Program-made: the position numbers and the translations under genes
NCBI GenBank assembly: GCA_028023455.1
Contig: JAQFVV010000004.1
Location: 15,562,001 to 15,626,000, forward strand
From: Epiperipatus broadwayi
Taxonomy: Eukaryota; Animalia; Onychophora
DNA length: 64,000 bases
Direction of reading: 5' to 3'
The notes under the pieces: model-generated
Seen by the model: only the letters and a program-made list of their open reading frames with translations
What the model was told of the DNA's origin: nothing
Database searches by the model: none
In this document: one piece after another, positions 48,588 to 59,929 of the stretch
How positions within the stretch are numbered: position 1 is the stretch's first letter
Layout of the letters: each line of letters begins with the position of its first letter

Positions 48588-48867
48588 AACTACCAAACGA
48601 GATATTGTCATACAGGTAAATTAGTTTTTTTGGATCCAATATCTTATATATGTGCACATACACAGCCAATAGTCTGTGTTTATGCTTAGATACACATTTC
48701 TTACAGAAAACAAACCAAAGGATTACTGATTCTTGAAACAACAGTATAGTAATTAAGGCATTGTTTTGTTTGTTTGTTTTTCCAGCACTTCAACAGGATT
48801 TATAATATCTTCTTTGATGTTTGTTTATCTCTTTCTTGTAAATATTATTATAAATTGCTGTTTGTGA
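48588..48867 (+). CDS. Candidate last two exons (48588-48615, 48786-48867) of an unidentified gene with a hydrophobic C-terminus
   Basis: Pyrimidine-rich acceptors and an AG/gtaaat donor. In-phase join gives LPNEILSYSTSTGFIISSLMFVYLFLVNIIINCCL*. Confidence 0.45.
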
Positions 48868-49739
48868 TATGGATTGAATTTATTAAAATTAGTAAACTTA
48901 TTCTTGTTTTCTGAATTCCCATTTTATTGTACGTAAAATGTAAGTAATTTTTTGTTAACTTATTTTTGTATTTGTCTGAAGGTTTGTAATGATGGTATAT
49001 TATAAGTTGTGATATTTTCGTATTTTGTCTTATTTATCATGTGCTCATGTATTATAACAGATTCCAGCCACATTTCATACTTAAAATAAATTTATATTCC
49101 CCTGAGATCATAGATTATTTGATTATTTAAATTTGTTTTGAAATTAATAAAAATTTTCTTTAATTTCTTATATTAAGATGTATATAGGAATAAACTTAAA
49201 TATTAACGAAAGACTCGTTATTTATGCATCAAATTTCATTATTATAAAGATTAACAAAGTATATCTTTTCCTATTTTTATTAAAATCAGAGCTAGGTTCC
49301 CACAATTTGTAACACCCCCATGTATCATTACAAATTGACGCTCTATTCATGGGGCATATCTTTTAAAAAGGACTCTTTATGTCTCCATACTGTTAAAAAT
49401 TGGTGCCACATCATACGAGCTCAATAAACAGTTAATAGTCTGAATCTGTTGACTTCATAGAGATATGACTAATAATTTAGTCATATAAAATTTCACAATT
49501 GAAATTTTTTTTCTTCTCTCTTGTGTGACAAAAAAAACGTGATTAAAACAATGTTCCCTAAAGGTAGTTGATAGTAAAGACGTAGAATTTTATTGTATTA
49601 TTCTTTTGATGACTTTATTTGTAGACAGTGACAGAAAGAAAAGCAAACTCATGACTGTTTTGGATCTTTGGTAAATATATCTGCTAAGATTTTGTTGTTT
49701 TTAATATGTATTTGTTCATCTAAAACTTAGAATTATGAC

Positions 49740-51300
49740 TTATATTAATGACGATTTGTCAGGTGGCTCTAGCCTTAGTAGTTTAGCAATGATGATGTTT
49801 CAAATTATGATGAACGTATCTGAGGCTTTAGAAACTAAAATGGATGCTAATTCAGTCAAATTAGATACTAATTTAAAAAAACTTAGAGGCTAAGATAGAT
49901 ACTAATGCTAAAAGTGTTAAAATGCTAGAAACTAAAATGGAAGGTAATTCAAAAAATTTAGAAACCAAATTAGATGTTAATTTTAAAAATTTATAAATTA
50001 AGATAGATATTAATTCAAAAAAAATTGAAGTTCTTAGTCTAAAATCAATAGTAAATTTAAATCAAATTCCAAACAGTAAGGCTGAATTAATGACTAACCT
50101 GGAAAAATCTTGAGTTGAAATTAATGATAAGTTAAATAAAATAGAAAAGGATAATAAGGGATTCCATGATAAATTGGAAGTTGGATTTGACAATTTACAG
50201 CATGAGTTTTCAGAATTTAGAAATGAATCAAAAGCTGAATTTATAGAGAGTAGAAAGGTTCAAATTAAAACTGAAATTAGATTAAAGAAAATAGAAGCTG
50301 AATATAAAAAATTAAGGCTGGAGTGCCAGAATTTTCAGGAACAATTAATAGAACATAAAACCTTGCATGATGAGCTTGCAGATCTTAAACAAGAAATGGG
50401 AGATTCACATCAAACTTTTAAACTTAAGGTCAGACAAGAAATGGAAGTGATGAATGCAAACAAAAGGAAAATATTATGAAAAAAAATTTAGATCTGATAA
50501 CAGTAATCTGCAGAAAATATTTTGAGATCAACTCGAAACATGTACTAATGCTACTTTTAAATAGATAGATGAGATTGAAATTAACATTAAATGTAATAAT
50601 ATTGAAGATAGGAGAGAAAATAAAAACAAAGTGATAAAAAATAAGAATTTTTGTAGTACTGAGGAATTTGGACAGGTGATAGGATCATCAGTAGATAATT
50701 TTAAATAAATTAAGACTAATTTAGCTAAAGTAAGTGAAAATCATTATTTAGATGCTAATAAGTATATAGCAATTATGAGTAATCAAATTAGGGAATTGCA
50801 TAAGGAGATTGGTATACAATATGAACAAATATTATTAGAAAATAACTTTAGAGAGCTACAGAGTGTTCAGGTGAAATAGAATCCAAAGTAATGACGGTCA
50901 GTATAAAGCAATGGAAAATAAGTTGATGAAAAAAATGGAAAAGTTGAATATCATAGAGATTTATAGAAAGCATAAATCAGATGAAAATATGTCACTATTT
51001 CTCAATAATAATATAGGAAAGTTAAGTGAAAGTGAATATTTGTAATTGGCAGACTCAAATGTTTCTCGGTTTATGCATGCTAAGGTCTTTAAAGATGGAT
51101 TTAATGAATATCCAATTAAATAGCTTAGAGGAGTTATTTAAAGTAAGTAGATTATATGGGCAAGGAAAATTAACCGTTGCAACTAATCATTTATGTTCTG
51201 CAGCAACAGATTGGTGGCAATCATTGTGGAACAAGACCAGAACATATACAGATTATAATAATGCAATAATCTTTTCAGCTTACTTTAAAGATCTATATTA
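49740..51300 (+). mobile_element. Decayed coiled-coil/gag-like ORF of a retroelement
   Basis: Repeated LETK(M/L)D/E motifs, coiled-coil ORF 50174-50479, and SAATDWWQSL...FSAYF resembling retrotransposon gag A..WW. Confidence 0.45.
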
Positions 51301-51500
51301 AGAATAGTAATTCACTTTATATATTTTAGTTCAAATCCATCTTTTGTCAGTTTGAAAAATAAATGAATTAAAAACTGGTCTAGATATATTGATAAAAGAC
51401 TACCATCTGGAAGTCATTGATTATTCAATTATAGTAAGTAGAATGAATTATTGCTTCTAATGCGAGAATATTGATCATAAATAAAACAATTTTGATTATA

Positions 51501-52524
51501 CACCTGGGTCTCGTTTTATGCGGATTTGTTTAACACGATTTTGAAGTTACGCGATTCATGTTTCTTCGGAAGTCAAACTCCGATAATGCGCTATTACTTT
51601 AAATATTAAATTTTGCACACTTACGTCATATTGAAAGTAATAGCACATTATTGGAATTCGACTTTCATCTTAGTAATTTCAATATTTTCAGTGCTTTATA
51701 ATAGTAAGATTTTATGCAATAATGAAATTAAAATCATGATTTCCACATTTTATGTATACCCACATTAAATTTTACAAGATTATAATGTAAATTTGTTCAA
51801 ACATTATGCATGTTAATTTTGCATTTTAAATCACATTCTGTTTTTGCTTTTTAAAAAAAGAACGTAATCTATTATTAATAATTTAGTGTCCGCAAGTTTA
51901 TTTTTAAAAGGTGAGTAATAGCAGTGGGCACAATTAAATTTGACAATTAAAAATTACTTAAGGTGACTTGAAATTAATGTGATGTGAAATGAAATTTGAC
52001 TTTTAAACAGAATTGAAAATTAAAAAATTAAAGACAAAAATAAGAATTTAATTTTTAGTTGTTAGATTAATTACTAATTACATTGTCACCAGAAAACCAT
52101 TAACACAACATGAGAGTGAAGTTGGTGCTAGTTGTATTTCCTTTTGTGAAGAATCTGATTTTTTACCTGTTTATCGGCAAATAGCGATAATAATTGAAAC
52201 GTGTATAAAAAAATTTTAATTACTGTAAATTATGCATAAAAATATATTGTTTTGAATAAAATTAAATATTATAGTTAAAAAAAGTTTGTCTTGTATCAAT
52301 TTTTTTCAAATTTGAAATTTTTTATTAGTCATATTTTATTTCCTTATTTTTTTTTGCGCGAATTTTAAAGTAATTTTAGGTTGGTGCTTTGCTTTTATGT
52401 GATTTTTGAAAAATCACAGTCCGTATCCCCCCTTTTTCAAGGTAAGTTACGTCTATTTTTGTGCGATTTCTTTTGCGCGCGTTTTCTGAGGAACCTATCT
52501 ATCGCGCAAAACGAGACCCAGGTG
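51501..52524. mobile_element. Non-autonomous Tc1/mariner-pogo-type DNA element (MITE)
   Basis: TIR cacctgggtctcgtttt at both ends, flanked by TA; no transposase. Internal hairpin at 51570-51664. Confidence 0.85.
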
Positions 52525-52691
52525 TAATTATTATTATTAATAGTATTTTTTTCTTTTTCTTTCAGTACATTTTGATTTTCACTGTAAAAGGTTTTTTGTA
52601 AATTCAAGCTATAATTTAATTCCAGTTGTATTTTGTATTAGTTTTAATTATGACTTAGAGAAATAGATCAATAAAATAAATAATCATGTTA

Positions 52692-53301
52692 AATAGAGGG
52701 ATTTAAACGTAGGATTTTCAGTCTATATCATCTTCATTCCATCTCAAACAATTGGTACACATGTGAAAAAGGTAAATGATCCCCAATATTTATTTGTACT
52801 TTTTGCAGAATCTCCCACACATATATACAGTCAGTGCTGGCTTTATGGATAGGCTTCAATATTCTCATTCTTCCAACAATTCAACCATCCATTTCATTTA
52901 AAAACCAATAATATAGTGTTCAATGTCCTAATGTCTACATGGGTATGACTATAGTATCGAATTTACCAAGTGCTTTGAGTGTTCCATCATTGGTTTTTTC
53001 AATGAAATGGTTGGTTAAATTGTTGGAATGTGAGAAGATTGAAGCCTGTCCATTAAAATTTAAGGAATTGCTATTTTAATATAAGCCAAAGACTGATTGT
53101 ATATATGTGAGGGAGATTATGAGCTGACCCAACTGATGAATGCTGATTCTGCATGAAGTACAAATATTGGGATCATTTATCTTTTTCACATGTGTATCAG
53201 ATGTTTAAGATGGAGTGGAGGATGAATATAGACTGGAAATCCTAGTTCAAACTCTCTACTTACTATAGTAAACATTTAATATACTGAATAAATAGGTTAA
53301 T
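52692..53301 (+). mobile_element. Older HHR-bearing foldback element (13137 family)
   Basis: Inverted arms homologous to the 13137 element, 41-nt tail, TSD taaataatcatgtta / taaataatcatttta. Confidence 0.75.
53128..53171 (+). ncRNA. Degenerate type I hammerhead motif
   Basis: cccaa CTGATGA atgc tgattct gcat GAAG tacaaa TA ttggg. Confidence 0.55.
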
Positions 53302-53931
53302 TAAATAATCATTTTATTTATTGCTCCAAGGTTTGACCACTGGAAATGATAGAGTTGGTCATGAATCAAATACTTTGAGCTCCAGAATTTGCCCTCCACC
53401 ACTACCAAATCAAGCAGGGCTATAGTTTAACCATATCTGCTCAAAGTCTGATTTGATTTATTTTAAGAGAATTTTGGCAATAAACAAATAAATGATGAGG
53501 CTTGGTCTTTGATTCATTTATTTCTTTTTCTTATATTTCCCAGATGGTATTCTAGTTTATTTATATATTGGACTATTTCCACATCTAGTATTAAGTATTG
53601 AAGATCTTTAAAAAAAATTAACTACTGAATTGTATAGACCATTATCTTAAAATTCAAGAATCTAAGGGTCCAGGTTCAATTCCTATGCTAGTACTGTCAC
53701 TTCTCATGCCAGCAATACCTGAAGAAGAGAAGAGAGTAATACCTCTCAAAACAGTATGTATATGTACTATTCCTAACAATCGAAGGTAATTGGAATATAT
53801 AAATAAATTTAAAATGTTCTAAAGACATTCAATACTTAATATTAGATGCTGGAAATAGTCCCATATATAAATACAAGTAAATGGCTTTGGTGTGGTATTT
53901 TTAGATCTAGTGTCTGAAACTAATCCTAGCA

Positions 53932-53971
53932 CCTCACTGAGGGTGCCAAGCATGAAACCATTGGTCTGAGG
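53932..53971 (+). ncRNA. Type I hammerhead motif (A9>G)
   Basis: cctca CTGAGGG tgc caa gca t GAAA ccattgg TC tgagg. Confidence 0.68.
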
Positions 53972-54355
53972 TTAGGGTGTGCTTTCTAGATAAGAGATTT
54001 TTAAATGCTTTCTCTTGATGGCATTTATCAATAAGCTTGTTAGAGCAATTAGCACATCTCATTATTTTTTATTTACAAGCTTAAAAAAAGATTAGGTCAT
54101 GTGATATATGACTTTAATTTTTATTGACTATTTATAGTCTTGCTTTATGTCTTAAGCAATGTTATATTGCTAAGGCTATTAATATATGGTTTGGCTGAAT
54201 ATCTGTCAGCCCCATGTAGCTATTTGTGTTGGATAGCTGGGTTTGAAGACGTAGGTATCTGAAATTTTCAGATTTTTCACTCAATAGATAACTTTTAGGT
54301 AAATACTGGCTTTAGGTTGGTATTTTTAGATCTAGTGTCTGAAACTATCCTAGCG

Positions 54356-54397
54356 CCTCACTGAGGAAGGCCAAAGCATGAAACCATTGGTCTGAAG
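54356..54397 (+). ncRNA. Type I hammerhead motif
   Basis: cctca CTGAGGA aggc caaa gcat GAAA ccattgg TC tgaag. Confidence 0.7.
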
Positions 54398-55624
54398 TTA
54401 GGGTGTGGTTTCTAGATAGAGATTTTTAAATGCTTTCTCTTGCTGGCATTTATCATTATTTGTTAGAGCAATTAGCATATCTCGGTGTTTATATTTTTAA
54501 AAAAAATTTGGGAATAGAATATTACCGGTGATAAAATTATCTTTTAGCTGGCATTTGATTCATTTTGCGCTTAATTTATTAAAAATAGAAGTTACCTATA
54601 TTATTAAAATGAACAGTCAAGATATGTTTACTTTTTGTAATTCCCCTATTTAAAAAATCATATTTTAAATATATTTTCAGAATTTTAATTATATATATAA
54701 GAACATTTTTGTAAATATTATGTGTGCGTAATTTACTTTTATTTTGAAAATAATAAAAAACGATTTTAATTATAGCATGATAGAACATCTTTTAAATTTT
54801 TCTAGGTATTTTAATTAAATAAACAATAAGAAATACATCTTTTCTCTGGAGAGCTTGTGTATCCTTTAACTATTCCAAGAGACTTCTTGTTACTTTAATT
54901 CTTATTGGCAGTTGATAGCTTTTTTTTTTTTTTTACATTCTTAAGGTTTCATTTCAATCTCCTTTATTGATGAGAAAATATATCATTGAAATTTTTTATG
55001 AAAATTGATAAAACTCTCAAGTGAGTAAAATACAATACTGCTTCAGGAAATTAGAATAGCTATTGATATATAATTATACAAACACTATGTGCACAGAAAT
55101 AGTTGTATACGTGTGTGCATGTAAATGTATAAATTTTAAAAACACATTTGAATTTCTCATAGCTATATATACACTACGCGTAGAGAAACAATGTATGCAT
55201 GAAAATGCTAATAATTTAAAAGAATATTTTAAATATTTTAGAATCAAAATATGACTATACCTTTATTAGCTACAATTCTTAGAGGATAAAACCTTAGCTC
55301 CTGGCAATCGGCAAATCTTCTGATAAACATGGCTTTCCCTTCACTGATCCTCTATGGACGGATGTTTAGATCTGCAGTAAATTGTTTAATAACTAACTGT
55401 TTTGTCAAATATCATTTTTTACAAAATAGACGTACTTCAAAACATTACGCATTTCAGGATTTTATATATATATATTAAAAAACATTTAAAATTTAACATC
55501 AGTTTATTGGACTATTTTCATCATCAAATATTAATTGCTAAAAGTTTTTAGAAGTCAAGCTTTATTTGAAAATTTTCAAATATATTCAGTTATCAATAAT
55601 AGCACACGGAATATTATATAACAA

Positions 55625-56690
55625 CGTTCACGTGATCATCATTTTCTATGCTTGCACAAGCTGTTAAAACAGTGACAAATTATCTTTACAGTAATGCAAG
55701 TCATAGTAATCAATGGATGCAAGAAGGTTTGTGCATAAAATCCCTATCTAGTCCTACTTGTCCAATATTCCCAGACTACTAGCTAGTGACCATCAGTGAG
55801 GAGCCTTGGATCTTAGTGCACATCACCTATATCTTAGGATCTAATGCAACTCTCTACCAGCCATCTTTTATCATTTTAGTTAACTACAGAGCTGGGAGTC
55901 CAAAATGAAAACACAGTAATCTTTTTAATCCAAGCTAATTCAGTTATCTAGTCATATAGATCTGAACCCAGTTCAGTATCTATACATTTTAATATCCTTG
56001 ATTCTTTAATAATTCTAGTCACCATCATCTCATGGGCAGATATGATAGTAAACCATTAAACATAACATGGTATCATTTGCTATGTTTGAAAAAACTGTTA
56101 AAACAGTAACATTTTCCCTACAGTAGTGTCATGCAGTGCAAGTTATAGAAATCATTGGATGCAAAAAGATTTATCCATAAAATTCCTATCTAATGCCTAC
56201 TCATCCAGAATCCCAGACTAATTTCTAGCTTGTGGGTATTTTTCAATGAGGAGATTTGGATCTGAGCGCACTGCACCTAGATATTAGGGATCTAATGCAA
56301 ACCCCCCCCCCCATGAGCAGGAATGATAGTAAACCATTAAACATAACATGGTTACTATTTGCTATGCTGAACTTCCTTACGGTAGTGTCATCCAGTGCAA
56401 GTCATAGTAACCATTGGGTGCAAGAAGGTTTATGCATAAAATCCCTATCTAATGCCTACTCATCCATTATCCCTGGACTAGTTTTTAGTTTGTAGGTTTT
56501 TATCAGTAAGGAGCCTTGGATCTGAGAGCACTGTATCTAGATCGTAGAATCTAATGCAACCCTCTAGCAATCACATCTTTTTAGTTAACTATAAACCTAT
56601 CAGTACAAAATGAAACAGATGTTTTCAATCCAAGCTCATTTGTTTGTATAATCATACAGATCGGAACCCAGTTCATTATATAAATTTTGG
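55625..56690 (-). repeat. Three-unit tandem array of the family-1 HHR repeat (decayed)
   Basis: Anchor ctaatgcaac at 55841, 56292 and 56551 (spacings 451 and 259). HHR relics at 55768-55802, 56211-56252 and 56470-56512. Confidence 0.85.
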
Positions 56691-57229
56691 ATAGTACTAC
56701 TGTATGGAGGGTTGGTCAAGTTTAACATTCCAAGTGGTGTTAATCTCTCTTCTTCAAGTGTTACAGGCCTAATGTGTATCAGAAAGAACTGAATCTGTGA
56801 TCTAGATTTTTGAATAAAGACAGCACTCTAATCAACAAGACTATTTCTGTCAAACAATCAATTGAAATTTCATATACTTATCTATGAGGATGATCATGGT
56901 TTTTCCACTTTTTTCTTAAAGTTATTAAGGTGAAAAAATCAGGAAGACTCATAAATTCAATATTCATAAATCTAAAAGTCCCAGATTTGATTCCCTTGCT
57001 AGTATTGTCATTGATCAGCTAGCAGCACTTAAAGAAAAGAGAATAATAATCCCACTTGAAAGGTTGGGTTTATGTTCTATTATTAATAGTTGAATGTATT
57101 GAAAGTTTGAAGTAAAGTTTGATTTTTTCTAAAAATATTTAACAATATTAAATGATGACTCCAACATATAATTACAACTATAATACTATCATCACAGACT
57201 TTTAGATAAGTATCAGTTTAATACAATAT

Positions 57230-57640
57230 TAATACTATGGTGAAACCAGAGCCACCATAGCTACTAGGTTGTCACAGCATAAGTATAGGTATAACAAGTC
57301 ACATACTAACTCAGAATGGACTTCAATTTTTGTACATCAAATAGTATCAGAACATGAGTTTGAACCCGCATCTGCAAAATGGGTTTGTACTGAGAGGCAT
57401 GATGTTAAGCATAAGGTAAAGGAGGCTTACTTCATAGCAGAGGACTCCTTCACCATTAATCGTAAAGAAGCATGTTTTGTTATATCAAAAAGATGGTCTA
57501 ATTGACTCATTTGCATAGAGTTTGCATATTATACTGATAGAATGATTTCAACGAATGAGTCAGAACTGGCTGTGATTATGAGAAGTTTCTCAAAAGTGCT
57601 CAGCCATTTTAATTGATTAATTGATATTAATTATACAGCT
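57230..57640 (+). mobile_element. PLE GIY-YIG 3' fragment (same family as the 1698 ORF)
   Basis: YYGETRATIATRLSQHKYRYN...KVKEAYFI...INRKEACFVISKRWSN*. Confidence 0.85.
57567..57606 (+). ncRNA. Variant-core HHR copy (G3-U8, G12>A)
   Basis: tggct GTGATTAT gagaa gt ttctc AAAA gtgc TC agcca. Confidence 0.55.
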
Positions 57641-58818
57641 TTACATTATAAGTGTGATAGCACTATTTAATATTATCATAATTTGGACAAGTGTAAAGCA
57701 TAAATCTACAAGTTATTACACAATATTCTTTTTTTTTCTTTAAAGTCAAATGAATATTTATTATTACTATGCTTCATACATTGAAGTTAGTTTCTTCATA
57801 AAATGTTAATACATGTAAATCATTTAAAACATATAAAAAAATATTGTTATAAAAATGTTTTCAGTGAGATCTTTAATGCTAAATTTATATAACTAAAACA
57901 ATTAGGTCTTAAGTAATAATATTAATTTAAAGTAAAGAAAATGTGATACATTTAAAAAATAACAAAAAAAAACATATTCTAAAAACTTGATGTGGATTAT
58001 CAATTGAAATGCCTGTTTTAATAGAACTAGCAATATATACCAATTTATTCGGCTATCTACATTACATTTTCTTTTCATTTCTTTAAAAAATTGGATCTAC
58101 ATTACCAAATAATTCTGGGATAATTAATAAATAAATTTAAGATCCAAGGTACTTTTCATATCTAAAATCTAGATTTGTAAAGAAGTTCAAAAAAGACAAC
58201 AGAAAACTAAATGGTAAAAAGGTATCATTTTCCCTCTACCATGCATTACAATATTTTTTTTTTTTAATTTGTATTGAAAAGTAACTGGAAATATTAGATT
58301 TAGAGGTGTTCATTTAAGTTTTTGTTTTTAATTATAAAAAATAATCGGCCTCCTTACTTTCTTCATTTACAGACCTCAGATCTATGATGGAAAAAAGAGC
58401 AATTTTGCATAGTCCATGCACACTTCTAATAAATTAGTCTGTTCAAAACCAAAACGATTATGTCTTTTCTTTTTGGATTTTTGTGAAATCAAAAAATAAA
58501 CAACTATTAGGTGGGTAGTGGGAATCCAAGTAAATAAGAACAAAGTTTCATTTTAAGCTTTTTTATTGTTGTTAATTTGTTGTTGTTCTTTCAAGTTATC
58601 CAGTTCATTTACATTTGGATTTGATGTGTATTTAATATTGAATGGAGCTGACACTTATTGTTTTCATCAAAGTTAATAACACTTGTATGATTGACTGTCA
58701 TTTCCTTCTTCCCTCTTCTTACTTTTTGTAAAGCAAATAAGAAATAAAAAATTTAAAATACTTAAAGATAAATAATAAGAATAAAACATTCCAAACAAAT
58801 CTGTCATTTACAAATATT

Positions 58819-59222
58819 AAAAGAGGTTGTTTGAAATCATACATCAATTAACTTTGTAAGTCAATATTAGGTCATATTAAGGTGTTAAAAGAGGTTGTTT
58901 GAAATCATACATCAATTAACTTTGTAAGTCAATATTAGGTCATATTAAGGTGTTAAAAGAGGTTGTTTGAAATCATACATCAATTAACTTTGTAAGTCAA
59001 TATTAGGTCATATTAAGGTGTTAAAAGAGGTTGTTTGAAATCATACATGACAATTAACTTTGTAAGTCAATATTAGGTCATATTAAGGTGTTAAAAGAGG
59101 TTGTTTGAAATCATACATCAATTAACTTTGTAAGTCAATATTAGGTCATATTAAGGTGTTAAAAGAGGTTGTTTGAAATCATATATCAATTAACTTTGTA
59201 AGTCAATATTAGGTCATATTAT
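58819..59222. repeat. Minisatellite, six copies of a 68-bp unit
   Basis: gagg anchors at 58823, 58891, 58959, 59027, 59097 and 59165; copies nearly identical. Confidence 0.95.
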
Positions 59223-59820
59223 GGTGAGAAATCCAAAAAAACCTTGAAAAATTATAATTGACCATATTTTCCCCACTTCTCCAATTTTCTCAAAACAAAG
59301 GAAATTGAAAAGACGAATAATACTAAAAGTTGGCAAAAAAAGACCAATCAGTGGAAAGTAGTGAGGTTTTAGATTCCATCTTGAATTTATAAAATTATGT
59401 AGTATGATAAATCCCTTTTCCAGATTCATCAATTAGTCATCCCAGTATCCTTTCATGATGTCAAAGCAGGTTTTAAACAAACAAAGAGAAAATTCAATGT
59501 AGATAGCTGAGTAGATCCTTACCATTATTCTAAAAACTTTATGTGGAATCGCAATTGAGAGAAAATGAAAGCCTGTTTTAATAGAACAAACAATATGTAA
59601 AGCATACATTTGAATTATTTTACAATGGGAGACTACTTTAACAAACTTCTGAATCAGTCACTTTTGTTCGAGTTAGACATCATTATTACTATTTTTATAC
59701 TGATTACTGTTGGATGGTTTATATATTCACTCAAATGCATTTTTTAAAAAATATATATTCAAATTCTGAAAAAAATTTACTGGTAATTGACAGCTGATAT
59801 TTCATTCCAACTGTATTGTT

Positions 59821-59915
59821 TTTTTTAATGTGTCAAAGCATCGGCCGGGAAGTGAACCCGGGGACAACTACTTGTAAGGCAGCTGTGCTAACCACTCAGC
59901 CATCAATGCTTGACA
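59821..59915 (-). mobile_element. tRNA-Gly-derived SINE
   Basis: Same family; reverse complement begins tgtcaagcattgatggctgagtggttagcacagctgcc. Confidence 0.85.
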
Positions 59916-59929
59916 ACTGTAAGTATTTA

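Larger units (their letters stand above)
53878..54485 (+). mobile_element. Retrozyme-like element: two HHR-containing direct repeats of about 185 bp around a 240-bp hairpin-rich spacer
   Basis: Repeats at 53878-54062 and 54305-54485, each with an HHR motif. Confidence 0.75.

Noticed and set aside
58819-59222. CRISPR-like array
   Set aside because: Units are contiguous and identical with no unique spacers, there are no cas genes, and the context is eukaryotic.
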